The notes under the pieces were generated by a model that saw nothing but the letters and a program-made list of their open reading frames with translations, searched no databases and was not told the origin of the DNA. The translations under genes and the position numbers were made by a program. 64,000 bases of DNA from Minisyncoccota bacterium. Lineage in GTDB: Bacteria > Patescibacteriota > Minisyncoccia > Phycocordibacterales > UBA2100. Shown piece after piece: positions 1 through 10,770 of this stretch (position 1 is its first letter; the number at the start of each line of letters is the position of its first letter). The stretch lies in assembly GCA_031291875.1 (NCBI GenBank), contig JARLIE010000040.1:132088-196087 (forward strand), in the 5' to 3' direction.

Positions 1-793
1 CAATCTTGTTTTTGACAATTTTCACGCGGTGCCGGCCACCCATGACTTCGTCGCCCTTCTTGATCTGGGCGATACGGCGGATGTCGATGCGCACGGAGGT
101 GTAGAACTTGAGCGCCTTGCCGCCCGGGGTCGTTTCGGGATTGCCGAACATGACGCCGATTTGCATGCGAATCTGGTTGATGAAAATAACGATCGTCTTT
201 GTTTTTGAGACGATGGCCGTGAGTTTGCGCAACGCCTGGCTCATGAGGCGGGCTTGTTTGCCGACGTGTGACTGGCCCATGTCGCCCTCGATTTCGTCTT
301 TGGGCGTGAGCGCTGCGACCGAGTCGATGACTATGACGTCGATCTTGCCAGAACGTACGAGCGATTCAACGATTTCAAGCGCCTGTTCGCCGGTATCCGG
401 CTGGGAAACGAGGAGATCCTGGATCTTCACGCCGAGTTTCTTTGCGTATTCCGGGTCCAGCGCGTGTTCCGCGTCGATGAAGGCACATACGCCGCCCTTT
501 TTTTGCGCTTCGGCAATGACATGGAGCGAGAGCGTCGTTTTACCGGAACTTTCGGGACCAAAGATTTCGATGATACGGCCGCGGGGTAAGCCGCCAATGC
601 CGAGCGCCCAATCGACGCCGATCGATCCCGTGGGGATCGCGTTAACGTCGACTTTCGGGGTCGCGCCGAGCATCATGATCGATTCGTCGCCGAATTTGGT
701 TTTGATCTGCGCGAGGGCTCGTTCGATGTCTTTATCGGTGCCGGTACCGACTTCTTTCGGAGGTGCTTTCTCTTTCTTGCTGCCAACTGCCAT
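1..793 (-). CDS. recA: RecA recombinase (partial; 3' end of gene lies beyond window start)
   Basis: Minus-strand translation from ATG at 793..791 gives [44 protein letters not shown]...[23 protein letters not shown]...[28 protein letters not shown], i.e. RecA Walker A and L2 loop signatures. Not in the ORF track because there is no stop codon inside the window. Confidence 0.9.
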   Translation of the reverse strand, partial: MAVGSKKEKAPPKEVGTGTDKDIERALAQIKTKFGDESIMMLGATPKVDVNAIPTGSIGVDWALGIGGLPRGRIIEIFGPESSGKTTLSLHVIAEAQKKGGVCAFIDAEHALDPEYAKKLGVKIQDLLVSQPDTGEQALEIVESLVRSGKIDVIVIDSVAALTPKDEIEGDMGQSHVGKQARLMSQALRKLTAIVSKTKTIVIFINQIRMQIGVMFGNPETTPGGKALKFYTSVRIDIRRIAQIKKGDEVMGGRHRVKIVKNKI

Positions 794-883
794 ATAGATA
801 AAAATTAGGTAATAGCGGGATCACAGGCAGTATACCGCACCCCCTGGACGAAGCTATAGGCGCCGGGAGGGCAGTGTCGCTTG

Positions 884-1333
884 CTAGCGCTGGGTCGAGG
901 AGGCGCTTTGCCGGGAACTCGTCGAAATAGTCGAATTTGCGCTCGTAGAAGTCGCCGCGGTGGTAGTCGAAAGGCTCGAGCTCCCTGAAGGCGCTGAATA
1001 CACAATTTGAAGCACTTTTTCGGTCGAATGGCCGTATTTATCGGACGCATCGAGAACGATGCGGTTGAATCCGGGCGAAAGTGCGAAGGGAATATCGAAT
1101 GCACCAGCTTCGGTCACGGGAACGCCCTGTCCATTCACCGTTAATGTCGCAATATGCGCGGTTGTTCCCGTTATCTCTACATAAGGAGTCGAAACTTGCG
1201 TAGCTGTTTGTGTGAGTTGTATGGTTGGGCCAAAAAGAATGCCCCGCGCTTCGAAGTACGCATAGAGCGCGATAGCAATGAAGAAGCAAATGAGGAAGAC
1301 CCTGGTGAGCTTACTATCACGGTAGGGCAGCAT
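884..1333 (-). CDS. hypothetical membrane-anchored protein with C-terminal S/T-rich tail
   Basis: ORF with N-terminal TM helix (LICFFIAIALYAYF), a ~90 aa beta-rich domain and a low-complexity S/T tail. Overlapping alternative-frame ORFs make the exact extent uncertain. Confidence 0.35.
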   Translation of the reverse strand: MLPYRDSKLTRVFLICFFIAIALYAYFEARGILFGPTIQLTQTATQVSTPYVEITGTTAHIATLTVNGQGVPVTEAGAFDIPFALSPGFNRIVLDASDKYGHSTEKVLQIVYSAPSGSSSLSTTTAATSTSANSTISTSSRQSASSTQR

Positions 1334-1515
1334 CGGCCCAGTATTAGGGAGGGAAGGGCGTGTGGCAAGTATTGCGGTGCGTCGGTAGCTTCGCTGGTTA
1401 CGCGGGAAATACTTGCGTGAGATAGATCATGGACGCTTCGCGCTAGTTCCTCTGGTTTTCGGCATAGGAGACAGTAAAACGGGCGGCCTTTGGCCGCCCG
1501 TTTCATTCTATCTAT

Positions 1516-3756
1516 CTATTGGGTGTCTTCTTGTTCGGCTGCTCGGACCAGATCGTCAGCATTGCCTGCCCCGATAACGTCGCGAGGCTTTGCGCCATCT
1601 GCGGGACCAACGACACCGCGCTCTTCAAGCATGTCTATAAGCTTTGCCGCTCGCGCGTAGCCGATGCCCAATTTGCGCTGCAGGTAGGAGGTCGAGGCCT
1701 TGCCGGCTTCGATAACCGTCTTTTTTGCTTCCGCGTAGAGCTCGTCTTCCTCCTCTTCATCTGCCATCGATGAGAATACGGTCTCAAGACCGCCGCCGAT
1801 CTTGCCGCTATCGCTGAAGTCGATTTCGCTCGGGAGCGTGCCTTCGGCGTTTTTGGCGATAAAGGCAACCACCTTCTTGACCTCGTTTTCAGAAATATAC
1901 GGGGCTTGGATGCGTCGCGGCTTGCTCATCTCTCCCGAAAGGAAAAGCATGTCGCCTGCGCCGAGGAGCTTTTCAGCGCCTCCGGTATCCAAAATGGTAC
2001 GCGAGTCGATCTGGGATGCCACCTGCAATGCGACGCGAGCGGGGATGTTGGCCTTGATGAGGCCAGTAATGACCTTTACGCTCGGGCGCTGGGTTGAGAG
2101 TATAAGGTGAATACCCACAGCACGGCTCATCTGCGCGAGGCGGACGATGCCGGCTTCGAGCTCTCTCGGATAGGCTTGCATGATGTCGGCGAGCTCGTCG
2201 ATGATAACGATAATGTAGGGCATGGCCTCTGGCGGGGTCTGACCCTCTTTCACGCCGCGCTCGAGTGCTGGGGCCACTACGTTGGCGTGGTACGAACCAA
2301 TGTCGCGAACGCGCTCCGTTTCCAGGATGCCGTATCGGCGATCCATTTCTTTTGCGAGCCACTTCAGGGCGAGGATTGCTTTCTTCGGGTCGGTAATGAC
2401 GGGGGTGAGGAGGTGGGGGATTGAATTGTAGAGGGTCAATTCGACGCGCTTTGGATCCACCATGATAAATCGCAGTCGTTCTGGACCGCAGCGATACAGG
2501 AGAGAAACGATAAAGTCGTGGATGGCGACCGATTTGCCGGCGCCTGTCGCGCCCGCAACAAGCATGTGCGGCATCTTCGCCATGTCCGCATAGTGCGCCT
2601 GTCCCGTAATCGAGCGGCCGAGAGCCATCAAGAGTGGTTTGTCCGAATTTGCGTATTGCTCGTCCGTGACGAGCGGCGCGAGGCCGAGCGTTGTGCGGGC
2701 GATGTTGGGTACCTCAATACCGACGAGTGATTTCCCAGGAATCGGTGCCTCGATACGCACGGGGGAGGCCGCGAGCGCGAGCTCTAAGTTGGATTGCAGG
2801 GCGAGGATCTTCGAGAGGCGCACGCCTTCGGCCGGTTTCATCGCGTATCGCGTTACGGTGGGCCCGATCGACGCTTCGTCCATTTCAACTTGGATACCGA
2901 AGTTTTGTAGCGTGCGCTTGATGATGTTCATGTTGGCTTTTACATCGCCGACCTCAGGCTTACCTTTATTTTTTGAAAGAAGTGTTGCGGGCGGCGGTTC
3001 GTATGCGCTGCCGGTCGCGGCAATAATAGGGAAGCTGGCTTCCGAATCCGATTCCGCCTTATCGGCGAAACTGCTGACAGCCGGTTTTCGCTCGGGCACC
3101 GGTACCTCCTCGTGCTCGATTTCTTCCGGCTCGGGTTCTTCCATTTCCGCAGCCTCTTCCTCGTGGAAGCCGGTAACCGGAACCTCGTCCATCTCTTCTT
3201 CGCCGAACGCGACGTCTTCAGAATTTGATTGGAAGCGTTCTCGGATGCTCGTAAACAGCGCGGGGAGATTTGCGTCAAAAGCGATGATGAGCGCAGCTAC
3301 CATAAATGCCGTTAAGAAAACGACAGTCGCCGGAGTTGCGACTGATGAAACCAATGGGTTGGAAACGCTCGCGCCGATCACGCCGCCCTTGCTCGGAAAA
3401 GCAAGATTTATGAGACCAAGCGCCGAAAGCAAAAAGACCGCGAGACCCAATACCTGCACCCATCCGAAACGTTCCTCAAAGGAACGAAATATTTGTACCG
3501 AAAGCATGGCGAGCGAGAGCGGCAAGAGCCAGTAGCCAATTCCGAGCAGCCACGAGAGCCATGAGAAAAGCGTTTCACCGACGGCACCTCCACCACCTAA
3601 TTCCGCAATAATCAGAAAGCCAGCGAGTGCCAGAAAAAGGATGGCACCGACGCCTCGAAGAGCTTCGGAACTGACTCGCTTTTCTACGACTTTCGGCTGT
3701 GCACTCGTTTTGCCATTCGCCTTTTTCGCGACTTTCGCACGCTTCTTCTCTTTCAT
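1516..3756 (-). CDS. ftsK: DNA translocase FtsK/SpoIIIE
   Basis: 746 aa with N-terminal TM segments, an acidic linker, the FtsK motor P-loop (VAGATGAGKSV) and a C-terminal gamma winged-helix (TSYLQRKLGIGYARAAKLIDMLEERGVVGP). Confidence 0.9.
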   Translation of the reverse strand: MKEKKRAKVAKKANGKTSAQPKVVEKRVSSEALRGVGAILFLALAGFLIIAELGGGGAVGETLFSWLSWLLGIGYWLLPLSLAMLSVQIFRSFEERFGWVQVLGLAVFLLSALGLINLAFPSKGGVIGASVSNPLVSSVATPATVVFLTAFMVAALIIAFDANLPALFTSIRERFQSNSEDVAFGEEEMDEVPVTGFHEEEAAEMEEPEPEEIEHEEVPVPERKPAVSSFADKAESDSEASFPIIAATGSAYEPPPATLLSKNKGKPEVGDVKANMNIIKRTLQNFGIQVEMDEASIGPTVTRYAMKPAEGVRLSKILALQSNLELALAASPVRIEAPIPGKSLVGIEVPNIARTTLGLAPLVTDEQYANSDKPLLMALGRSITGQAHYADMAKMPHMLVAGATGAGKSVAIHDFIVSLLYRCGPERLRFIMVDPKRVELTLYNSIPHLLTPVITDPKKAILALKWLAKEMDRRYGILETERVRDIGSYHANVVAPALERGVKEGQTPPEAMPYIIVIIDELADIMQAYPRELEAGIVRLAQMSRAVGIHLILSTQRPSVKVITGLIKANIPARVALQVASQIDSRTILDTGGAEKLLGAGDMLFLSGEMSKPRRIQAPYISENEVKKVVAFIAKNAEGTLPSEIDFSDSGKIGGGLETVFSSMADEEEEDELYAEAKKTVIEAGKASTSYLQRKLGIGYARAAKLIDMLEERGVVGPADGAKPRDVIGAGNADDLVRAAEQEDTQ

Positions 3757-3923
3757 GCGCGTATGATATCACGCATCGCTTGTGGATAAGCGCTCTACGG
3801 CTCACCAATACGGCAATCGCTTGACCGGGGGCGATAAAAGCTTGTCTATTGTTCACGTCCTTTATATACTGCCGCTACTGCTAGAGACAGTCCTTTATAG
3901 AGATTATCTCTAAAAGACACGTC

Positions 3924-4676
3924 ATGGACGATATAAAAGACAACCAAAAAGGCGATAGTTTCTCACGATTTATTGACTCTCAGCACGTTAAAACCGATCC
4001 GTTCGGGAAGAATCGTGCCGCAGAGCGACTCTACCGCCGTGTCGAACGTCTCGTCGCCGCGCTCTATCTTTTGACTCGACACATCCCTGAAACCGAACCA
4101 TTGAAATTAGAGATCCGATCCAGAGGAATTGCGCTTCTTGAGAAAGTTCTAGACCTCAAGGATGAAATGCGTGCGGCTGAATCTGACGCGCTCGGTTCGT
4201 TTGAAACTGCGGTTCGCGGACTCATATCGCTCGTCCGGATTCTCACGGCCGCAGGTCGCATCTCATTTCAAAATGCAGACACTGTAATTGGCGCTCTCGA
4301 CGAACTCGTTGGCTTTATCAACTCCTCTCAGCGCTCGCCGCTCTCGGAAGTTTTTAGTTTTACGCGAGAAGACATCATGGGCGATATGAGTCCTTTATAT
4401 GACCGAAATGTCTTAAAGGACATAAGAGACACCAAGAAAGTTGTTAGAGACAATACGGACACGGACAGCACTCGTACAGAGCCTACTGGCTCCCGTGCGC
4501 AGGGGATCGTGTCCGTTTTGCGGGGAGCAGGTGAGCTTGGGATCAAAGATATCTCTGCTCGTCTCCCTGATTACAGCGAGAAGATGATTCAGCGCGAATT
4601 GGCCGCTTTGGTGAAAAGCGGCCAGGTCAAAAAGGATGGTTTTAAGCGTTGGAGTAAGTATTCGCTCGTTCAATAA
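3924..4676 (+). CDS. hypothetical protein with C-terminal winged-helix-like region
   Basis: 250-aa ORF with no recognisable catalytic motifs. The C-terminal ~60 aa (ISARLPDYSEKMIQRELAALVKSGQVKKDGFKRW) resembles a wHTH. Confidence 0.45.
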   Translation: MDDIKDNQKGDSFSRFIDSQHVKTDPFGKNRAAERLYRRVERLVAALYLLTRHIPETEPLKLEIRSRGIALLEKVLDLKDEMRAAESDALGSFETAVRGLISLVRILTAAGRISFQNADTVIGALDELVGFINSSQRSPLSEVFSFTREDIMGDMSPLYDRNVLKDIRDTKKVVRDNTDTDSTRTEPTGSRAQGIVSVLRGAGELGIKDISARLPDYSEKMIQRELAALVKSGQVKKDGFKRWSKYSLVQ

Positions 4677-5357
4677 TATAGAGAGGAGGGAGCCGGGAGC
4701 CGAATTTGACTTTAGTCTCAGTTGAGAGCGTAAATTAAGCCAAGATGAATACTGAGAAAGAACGGCGCCGTTAAGGCGTCATATGCATTGACTCCAGTAG
4801 GAGAGGAGGGTATCCTTTTCCGGCTTGTGAGGATGGCGTGAAATTGGCGAAAACTCTTGCTAAAGAGCGCGACATTTCTTCACAAGTTATCCACAAAACG
4901 GAGTCAAGCGAACCGAGGCCAAGCTTGCGACGCATATATACTGTATGCGTTACGCAAGTAGCGGTTTCGCTACTCGCGTAAGTTCATTGACATTTCAATA
5001 GTGAACAACGTGCGGGGTATACCCGCCCGCTTCTTCATTAATAAAAATATTGAGAAGAAGCTGCGCGCCGCTATCGCGCCGCGCATTCCGCACATCTGCA
5101 TTTTCCAGAAATTTTCCGCCTATCAGAAATGACCTCCCAACTTCGCTGCTACCCTCGCCACGCTCTGCGCGGTGGGTTAGCAAAATATCGTCGCTGCTGA
5201 GATGAAAGAAATTTCAGATCTGTCTTCAGACGATATGCATTATTAGTTGTCTTCAGTTATTAGAAAATTTAGAAGACACACTTTGCGCACATGCTCGCGT
5301 CGAACGAGCGTCTGCGCACTCTCGATGAAAGTCGAGAGGAAAGGTCAAACAAAATCT

Positions 5358-8300
5358 ATGAGTAAAGCATTAGCAACAAAGAAAGTTGCGGCTGCGCTCT
5401 TGGGCTTTGGAATGGTTCTTGCTTTCGCCACCACGGCGAGCGCACAGACCACTTCGTCAGCTTCGACGCTGTCGACGCTCCAAGCACAAGTTCAAGCGCT
5501 TCTCGCGCAAATCGCATCGCTCCAGGGCTCTGGTACATCCACGGGTTCCGGCGGCGCGTGCTTCACCTTCTCGGCGAATGAGCAAGTTGGCTCAAACGGC
5601 GGTCAGGTGATGTGGATCCAGGAGTTCCTCAACGGTCACGGCTTCCAAGTCGCGGCGACAGGTGCTGGTTCTCCGGGCAATGAAACGAGTCACTTTGGTC
5701 CGGCCACTAAGGCTGCGGTCATGAAGTTCCAGAGCTCGAACGGCATCTCGCCGGTCTCGGGTTACTGGGGACCTCTGAGCCGCGCTAAGGCCAATGCCAT
5801 CTGTGCCGGTTCTACGACTGGCACGGGTACAGGCACTGGTACTGGTACTGGCACGACTTCGGGAGCGGGTATCACCGTTACCGCAGGCGTCCAGCCGGCA
5901 AACTCGCTCGCTCCGGTTAACGCAAGCCGCGTTCCGTTCACGACGTTCACGCTATCCAACAACACTGGCAGCGCGGTAACGATCAACGGCATCACGGTTC
6001 AGCGCACGGGCCTCGCGAATGACAACGCCTTCGCTGGTGTTATTCTTCTCGACTCGAACGGTCTCCAATACGGCAACTCACAAACCTTCAACTCGAACCA
6101 CCAGGCGACGGTTGGCGGTACATTCACTCTCAATCCGGGTCAGTCAATGACTTACACGATTGCGGGTAATATGGAAACGATCGCGAACAGTAACTCTGGT
6201 CAGATCGCTTCTGTCTCGGTTGTCGGTGTCAATACTTCGGTTCCGGTCTCTGGCTCGCTCCCGATTACGGGCGCGCAACAGACGATCAACGAGTCGTTGA
6301 CGATTGGTACTGCATCTCTCAGCAACTCCGGTTACGACCCGAACGGTTACCGCTCGAATTCGATCGGTACAACGGGCCTTACGTTCTCCGCCCTCCGCAT
6401 CACTGCTGGATCGGCTGAAGACGAGAAGCTCTACTCGATCACGTGGAACCAGACTGGTTCTGCTGGTTCGCAGGACATTGGCAACCTCAAGACGGTTGTT
6501 AACGGCACGAGCTACCCGGTAACGGTTGACGCTTCTGGTAAATACTTCACTTCGCAATTCGCGGGAGGTATCTTGATCCCGAAGGGTCAGTCTGTTGATG
6601 CGTACATTCAGGGTGACCTCACTGGCTCTACTGCCGCAGGTCGCACTGTAGAGTTCGACGTCTACCGCGCTTCCGACATTTACGTCGTTGGTCAAACGTT
6701 CGGCTACGGCATCACGCCGAGCAGCCCGAACTTGACCGCATGTAGTGCAACTGGCACGATTGGTACGAACTGTCTCGACACTGCGTCGAGTCACGGATCG
6801 CACTACTCGTACAACTCGAACCCGCTCTTCCAGGGCTCGAGCATGTCGATTACAGCCGGTACGTTGTCGACGGTCTCAACTGCGAGCTCCGTTGCTCCGC
6901 AGAATATTGCGATCAATGTCCCGAATCAGATTCTCGGTGGATTCCAGACGAACTTCACTGGTGAACCTGTTACGGTCAACAGCGTCACAGTTAGTGTTGC
7001 GACCAGCTCCACAAACACCGACCAGCTCAAGAGCGTTACCTTGGTTGACTCCAATGGCAATGTTGTTGCTGGCCCGGTTGACGAGAATGTGAGCACTGGG
7101 AAAATCATTTTCAGTAGCTCAGTCACCTTCCCGGTTGGACCGATGACGTACACCATTAAGGGTACGGTTGGTTCCAACGCGGGTAACGGCGGCACCTACA
7201 TCTTGTCGACGAACCCAGGTACTCAGTGGTCGAGCGCTATCGGCCAGACCTCTGGTAACTACGTAACGCTCCCGAGCACGACCATCACCATGAGCACCAT
7301 GACGGTGCAGGCTGGTCAGCTCAACATCTCGGCTTCGGCTTCGCCGGCATCGTCGAACATCACGACGAATACCAACAACTACACGGTTGCGAACATCGTA
7401 CTCGATGCCTCGCAGTCGGGTGAGGACGTTCGCTTGAACGCACTCCCGATCGTTGTTAACGCGACGTCGACTTCGGGTGACCAGACTTCGGCAAACTTGC
7501 TTAAGTCGAATCTCACGAACTGTCAATTGTTCAACGGCAGCAATGCGCTCAACAGCCAATCGGTTGGTTCGAGCCAGTGGACCGTTCAGAACACGTCAGG
7601 CAGCATCTACGGTCTTGAAGCGAACTTCATCTTCACGAACTCGCTTACGGTTCCGAAAGGCACGACTGTTACACTTTCGCTCGTCTGCAACATTGGCGGT
7701 GGTCTCTTCCCTGCAGAAACCTTCAACGCTGGTGTCGCTTCGGGCTTCGCTCCTACAGTTACGGGCGCGACCTCGGGTAACACTCTTAGCGCAACTCCGA
7801 CCACGAGCTCCTCGGGTACGATGACCGTTGGTACGGCAAGCATGACTGCTTCCGTCCCGACCCCGCTCTCGTACGCGCTGGTCTCTGGTGGCACACAGAA
7901 CGTCACAGTTGGAACTTTCACGCTCCAGCCGACGACGGGCAATGTCAGCCTCCAGAACCTCGGACTTGCTCTTAACTCGAATTACGCTTCCAGCTCCGAC
8001 CTCGCCAACGGCGTCGTCACGATCTGGAACGGTTCGACGCAGATTGGTACGGCCAACTTCAGCGGCAAATCGCCGATTGGTCACTACTACATCGCGACGT
8101 CTACGATCACGAACTTCAATCTTCCGCAAAACATCCAGACCACTCTTACCCTCAAGGCGAACATTGCTGCGATTGGTATCGGTCAATCTGGCATGAGCGG
8201 TCATGAACTCAAGATCGGTCTCGCAGAAGCTCAGGGTACATCGGGCAATAGCTCGGTTGATACTGGCTACACCACATCGAACGTACCGTCCAACGGTATC

Positions 8301-8870
8301 GCGATGTTTGCGAGCTATCCGACGGTCGCTCTCACGAGCTACTTGCCGAGCAACGGTATCTCTGACGGTCGTTTGATCGCGTTCTCCATCACGGCGAACT
8401 CGGCAAACCCTGTTGGTATCTCGAAGCTCTCATTCAGCATCGCTTCTTCGAGCGCGGCTGTTACGTCTCCGTCCTTGTACGTGTACTCTGACTCCGGTTT
8501 CTCGCAGCCTGCGGGCGGCACGACCGGGGGTATTGGTGGTTACACGAACTACACGGCGGGCAATCCGGGTTCCGCAACGACGATCTTCACATCGCCGCTT
8601 GAGATCCCGGCTGGTACGACCGAGTACTTCCTCTTGAAGGGTACGGTCTCGAGCGTTGGCGGTGCTACCACCTACAACGTTGCGACCACTCTCTTGGGTG
8701 ATACTGGTGACCAGGCTCCGATTATGGTTGCGTCTTCGTCGGTCAGCACGAACTTCGTCTGGTCGCCGAACTCGACGACTACCTCGTCCGGTGCTGCACT
8801 TGATTGGACCAATGCGTACGGCGTCTCAGGATTGCCGTCAATCGGTCTCACTCAGAACCGCACTCAATAA
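5358..8870 (+). CDS. large secreted S/T-rich surface protein with N-terminal peptidoglycan-binding domain
   Basis: Start chosen at MSKALATKK (ATG 5358) with a purine-rich stretch (aggaaagg) upstream. Signal peptide VAAALLGFGMVLAFATTASA. A PG_binding_1-like segment (VMWIQEFLNGHGFQVAATG...TKAAVMKFQSSNGISPVSGYWGP), a (TG)n linker, then ~950 aa of beta-rich S/T/N/G-rich sequence. The ORF track's 5247 start adds a non-signal-like basic extension. Confidence 0.7.
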   Translation: MSKALATKKVAAALLGFGMVLAFATTASAQTTSSASTLSTLQAQVQALLAQIASLQGSGTSTGSGGACFTFSANEQVGSNGGQVMWIQEFLNGHGFQVAATGAGSPGNETSHFGPATKAAVMKFQSSNGISPVSGYWGPLSRAKANAICAGSTTGTGTGTGTGTGTTSGAGITVTAGVQPANSLAPVNASRVPFTTFTLSNNTGSAVTINGITVQRTGLANDNAFAGVILLDSNGLQYGNSQTFNSNHQATVGGTFTLNPGQSMTYTIAGNMETIANSNSGQIASVSVVGVNTSVPVSGSLPITGAQQTINESLTIGTASLSNSGYDPNGYRSNSIGTTGLTFSALRITAGSAEDEKLYSITWNQTGSAGSQDIGNLKTVVNGTSYPVTVDASGKYFTSQFAGGILIPKGQSVDAYIQGDLTGSTAAGRTVEFDVYRASDIYVVGQTFGYGITPSSPNLTACSATGTIGTNCLDTASSHGSHYSYNSNPLFQGSSMSITAGTLSTVSTASSVAPQNIAINVPNQILGGFQTNFTGEPVTVNSVTVSVATSSTNTDQLKSVTLVDSNGNVVAGPVDENVSTGKIIFSSSVTFPVGPMTYTIKGTVGSNAGNGGTYILSTNPGTQWSSAIGQTSGNYVTLPSTTITMSTMTVQAGQLNISASASPASSNITTNTNNYTVANIVLDASQSGEDVRLNALPIVVNATSTSGDQTSANLLKSNLTNCQLFNGSNALNSQSVGSSQWTVQNTSGSIYGLEANFIFTNSLTVPKGTTVTLSLVCNIGGGLFPAETFNAGVASGFAPTVTGATSGNTLSATPTTSSSGTMTVGTASMTASVPTPLSYALVSGGTQNVTVGTFTLQPTTGNVSLQNLGLALNSNYASSSDLANGVVTIWNGSTQIGTANFSGKSPIGHYYIATSTITNFNLPQNIQTTLTLKANIAAIGIGQSGMSGHELKIGLAEAQGTSGNSSVDTGYTTSNVPSNGIAMFASYPTVALTSYLPSNGISDGRLIAFSITANSANPVGISKLSFSIASSSAAVTSPSLYVYSDSGFSQPAGGTTGGIGGYTNYTAGNPGSATTIFTSPLEIPAGTTEYFLLKGTVSSVGGATTYNVATTLLGDTGDQAPIMVASSSVSTNFVWSPNSTTTSSGAALDWTNAYGVSGLPSIGLTQNRTQ
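5817..5855 (+). repeat. in-frame hexanucleotide tandem repeat (ACTGGY/ACGGGT)x6 encoding a (TG)n linker
   Basis: actggcacgggtacaggcactggtactggtactggcacg is read directly and translates to TGTGTGTGTGTGT inside the surface-protein gene. Confidence 0.8.
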
Positions 8871-8904
8871 TTTTGAGTTCGGTGCTTACGGCGACAACGT
8901 AAGC

Positions 8905-8945
8905 AACAAAACCCCTCTCCGAAAGGAGAGGGGTTTTGTGTTTGT
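8905..8945 (+). terminator. rho-independent terminator
   Basis: Hairpin cccctctcc-gaaa-ggagagggg followed by ttttgtgtttgt immediately after the surface-protein stop. Confidence 0.75.
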
Positions 8946-8962
8946 ATAAGAAGAGCTATTCT

Positions 8963-10000
8963 ATGAGCATGAATGTTCGAGAGCATGAGCCCCTCATAAA
9001 GGCTGCCGGTTTAGGATTTGTGGCAGGAGGGATTATTGTCGGGCTTTGCGTCTATGTACTTACCCCTCGTGCACCTGAGATTCAGGCACTGCGCGAGAGT
9101 AACATTGCCTCCAGTACGGGATATGCATTCACTGACCCGCTGATAGGTCTTGCGTCGACCAACGGCGTAAACTCCCCGCAGTATTTTCAACTGCAAAACC
9201 AGGTGCAGGATTACATCAATGCTCAGGAGCAGCAGGGCGATCTTTTTTCTGCGGCAGTTAAATTTAGCGACATCGAAGCTGCCCAGGGTTTTACCATCAA
9301 TCCTGGCGAACAATATGATCCAGCTAGTCTCACAAAAGTTCCGCTTACAATGGCGTACTACTCGCTTGCGCAGAACGACCCCTCTATCTTGTCGCAAGAA
9401 ATTACCGCGAACTTTTCCCAAGACCTCGATGCAAGCGAGCAGGTAGAATCGCCAACTCAGCTCACGAAGGGTGATACCTATACCGTCGAGCAGTTGATTG
9501 GGCACATGATTAGGTATTCCGACAACAACGCCGAACAGCTTTTGGCGGATCATTTGGCCGCAATAGGGCAGCTCAGTGTGCTTTCGCAGCTTTTCAGTAG
9601 TCTCGGCATCCCGGTGAACGCGGATAATCCGGACGATATGACGGTGCAACAATATTCACTCTTTTTGCGTGTCTTGTTTAATTCAACCTACCTTGATCGG
9701 GAGTATTCCGAGAAGCTTCTCGCACTCATGTCTGAGACGGACTTTAGCGGAGGTATTGATTCGGGCGTGCCCAACAACATCATCGTCTCGGAAAAGTTCG
9801 GTGATGCGAAGATTCCGAATTTGCAGGGTCAGCAGGTCGGGGCGGAGCTCCAAAATTGCGGCATCGTGTACTATCCAAACCATCCCTATCTTTTGTGCAT
9901 CATGACGAAAGGGAATAGTGTACCCAATTTAGAGCGTGTGATCGCGGCCATATCCAAAACGGTATATAGCAGCGTGGAAAGCCGCTATCCACAAAATTAA
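8963..10000 (+). CDS. class A beta-lactamase-like serine hydrolase (membrane-anchored)
   Basis: SxxK (ASLTK), SDN (YSDNNAEQ) and a KTG-like (EKFGD) motif in class-A spacing, with an N-terminal TM anchor. Start moved to ATG 8963 because the 8936 start lies inside the upstream terminator hairpin. Confidence 0.6.
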   Translation: MSMNVREHEPLIKAAGLGFVAGGIIVGLCVYVLTPRAPEIQALRESNIASSTGYAFTDPLIGLASTNGVNSPQYFQLQNQVQDYINAQEQQGDLFSAAVKFSDIEAAQGFTINPGEQYDPASLTKVPLTMAYYSLAQNDPSILSQEITANFSQDLDASEQVESPTQLTKGDTYTVEQLIGHMIRYSDNNAEQLLADHLAAIGQLSVLSQLFSSLGIPVNADNPDDMTVQQYSLFLRVLFNSTYLDREYSEKLLALMSETDFSGGIDSGVPNNIIVSEKFGDAKIPNLQGQQVGAELQNCGIVYYPNHPYLLCIMTKGNSVPNLERVIAAISKTVYSSVESRYPQN

Positions 10001-10052
10001 AGCCTGTTTTCGTTCTGTTGCGCCGAATCGGTGTTCGGATTATTCTTGGCCG

Positions 10053-10745
10053 ATGAACACGATCACTAGAAATATTGTCATTGGGGTTATTATCCTCGTT
10101 ATCATCGCTTTGCTCGGCTATATGGTCGTACAGGAGCGAAACACGACCCAGGTAGCCACATCGACCGCTACTTCGACGAACCAAAGCTCCACTTCGACCG
10201 GGTCGGTAGTAACTATTTCTCCCACAAGCACGACGCAGGTCGGCGGATATACCATTAGGCCGATTACCGGTTCTGCAGCGCCCAACTACAAAACTCCATT
10301 GACCTACTCAGCAAACGTCAGTACCGACGAAAAGGCTCAAGACGAAAGTCAGTTTGCGGCAGTACAAACAGCTATTGCTTCGAATCCCGCCAGCTATCCG
10401 GCATGGATTGAGCTCGGCATTCTTCGCGAGAGCACTGGCGATTATCAGGGAGCGGCTGCGGATTGGAAGTACGTAACCGAGCTCTATCCGAAAGATCCGA
10501 CCGCATTCGCCAATCTCGGCAATTTGTATGCCAACGACCTGCACCAACCGCAGCAGGGAATCACGTACTATAAGCAAGCGATAAAGATTGATCCGACGCA
10601 CGAAGAAACGTTCTACGACAATCTCGCACAGATCTATCTCGCGCAGGGAGACAAAACAGACGCGAAAGCGATTCTTCGGCAAGGCATTACCGCCCAGGTA
10701 GTCGGCTACCAAAACCTCCAGACCGAGCTCAATTCGATCCAATAA
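10053..10745 (+). CDS. TPR-repeat protein with N-terminal TM anchor and S/T linker
   Basis: N-terminal TM (IVIGVIILVIIALLGYMVV), an S/T-rich linker, then TPR-like repeats (AWIELGILRESTGDYQGAAADWKYVTELYPKDPTAFANLGNLYANDL...GITYYKQAIKIDP). Confidence 0.6.
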   Translation: MNTITRNIVIGVIILVIIALLGYMVVQERNTTQVATSTATSTNQSSTSTGSVVTISPTSTTQVGGYTIRPITGSAAPNYKTPLTYSANVSTDEKAQDESQFAAVQTAIASNPASYPAWIELGILRESTGDYQGAAADWKYVTELYPKDPTAFANLGNLYANDLHQPQQGITYYKQAIKIDPTHEETFYDNLAQIYLAQGDKTDAKAILRQGITAQVVGYQNLQTELNSIQ

Positions 10746-10770
10746 ATTGCATAGCGCTGGCATTTCTCCA

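Noticed and set aside
108-797. 229-aa plus-strand ORF
   Set aside because: Antisense to recA, whose minus-strand translation is unmistakable. Its S/P/A/R-rich content is typical of GC-driven shadow ORFs.
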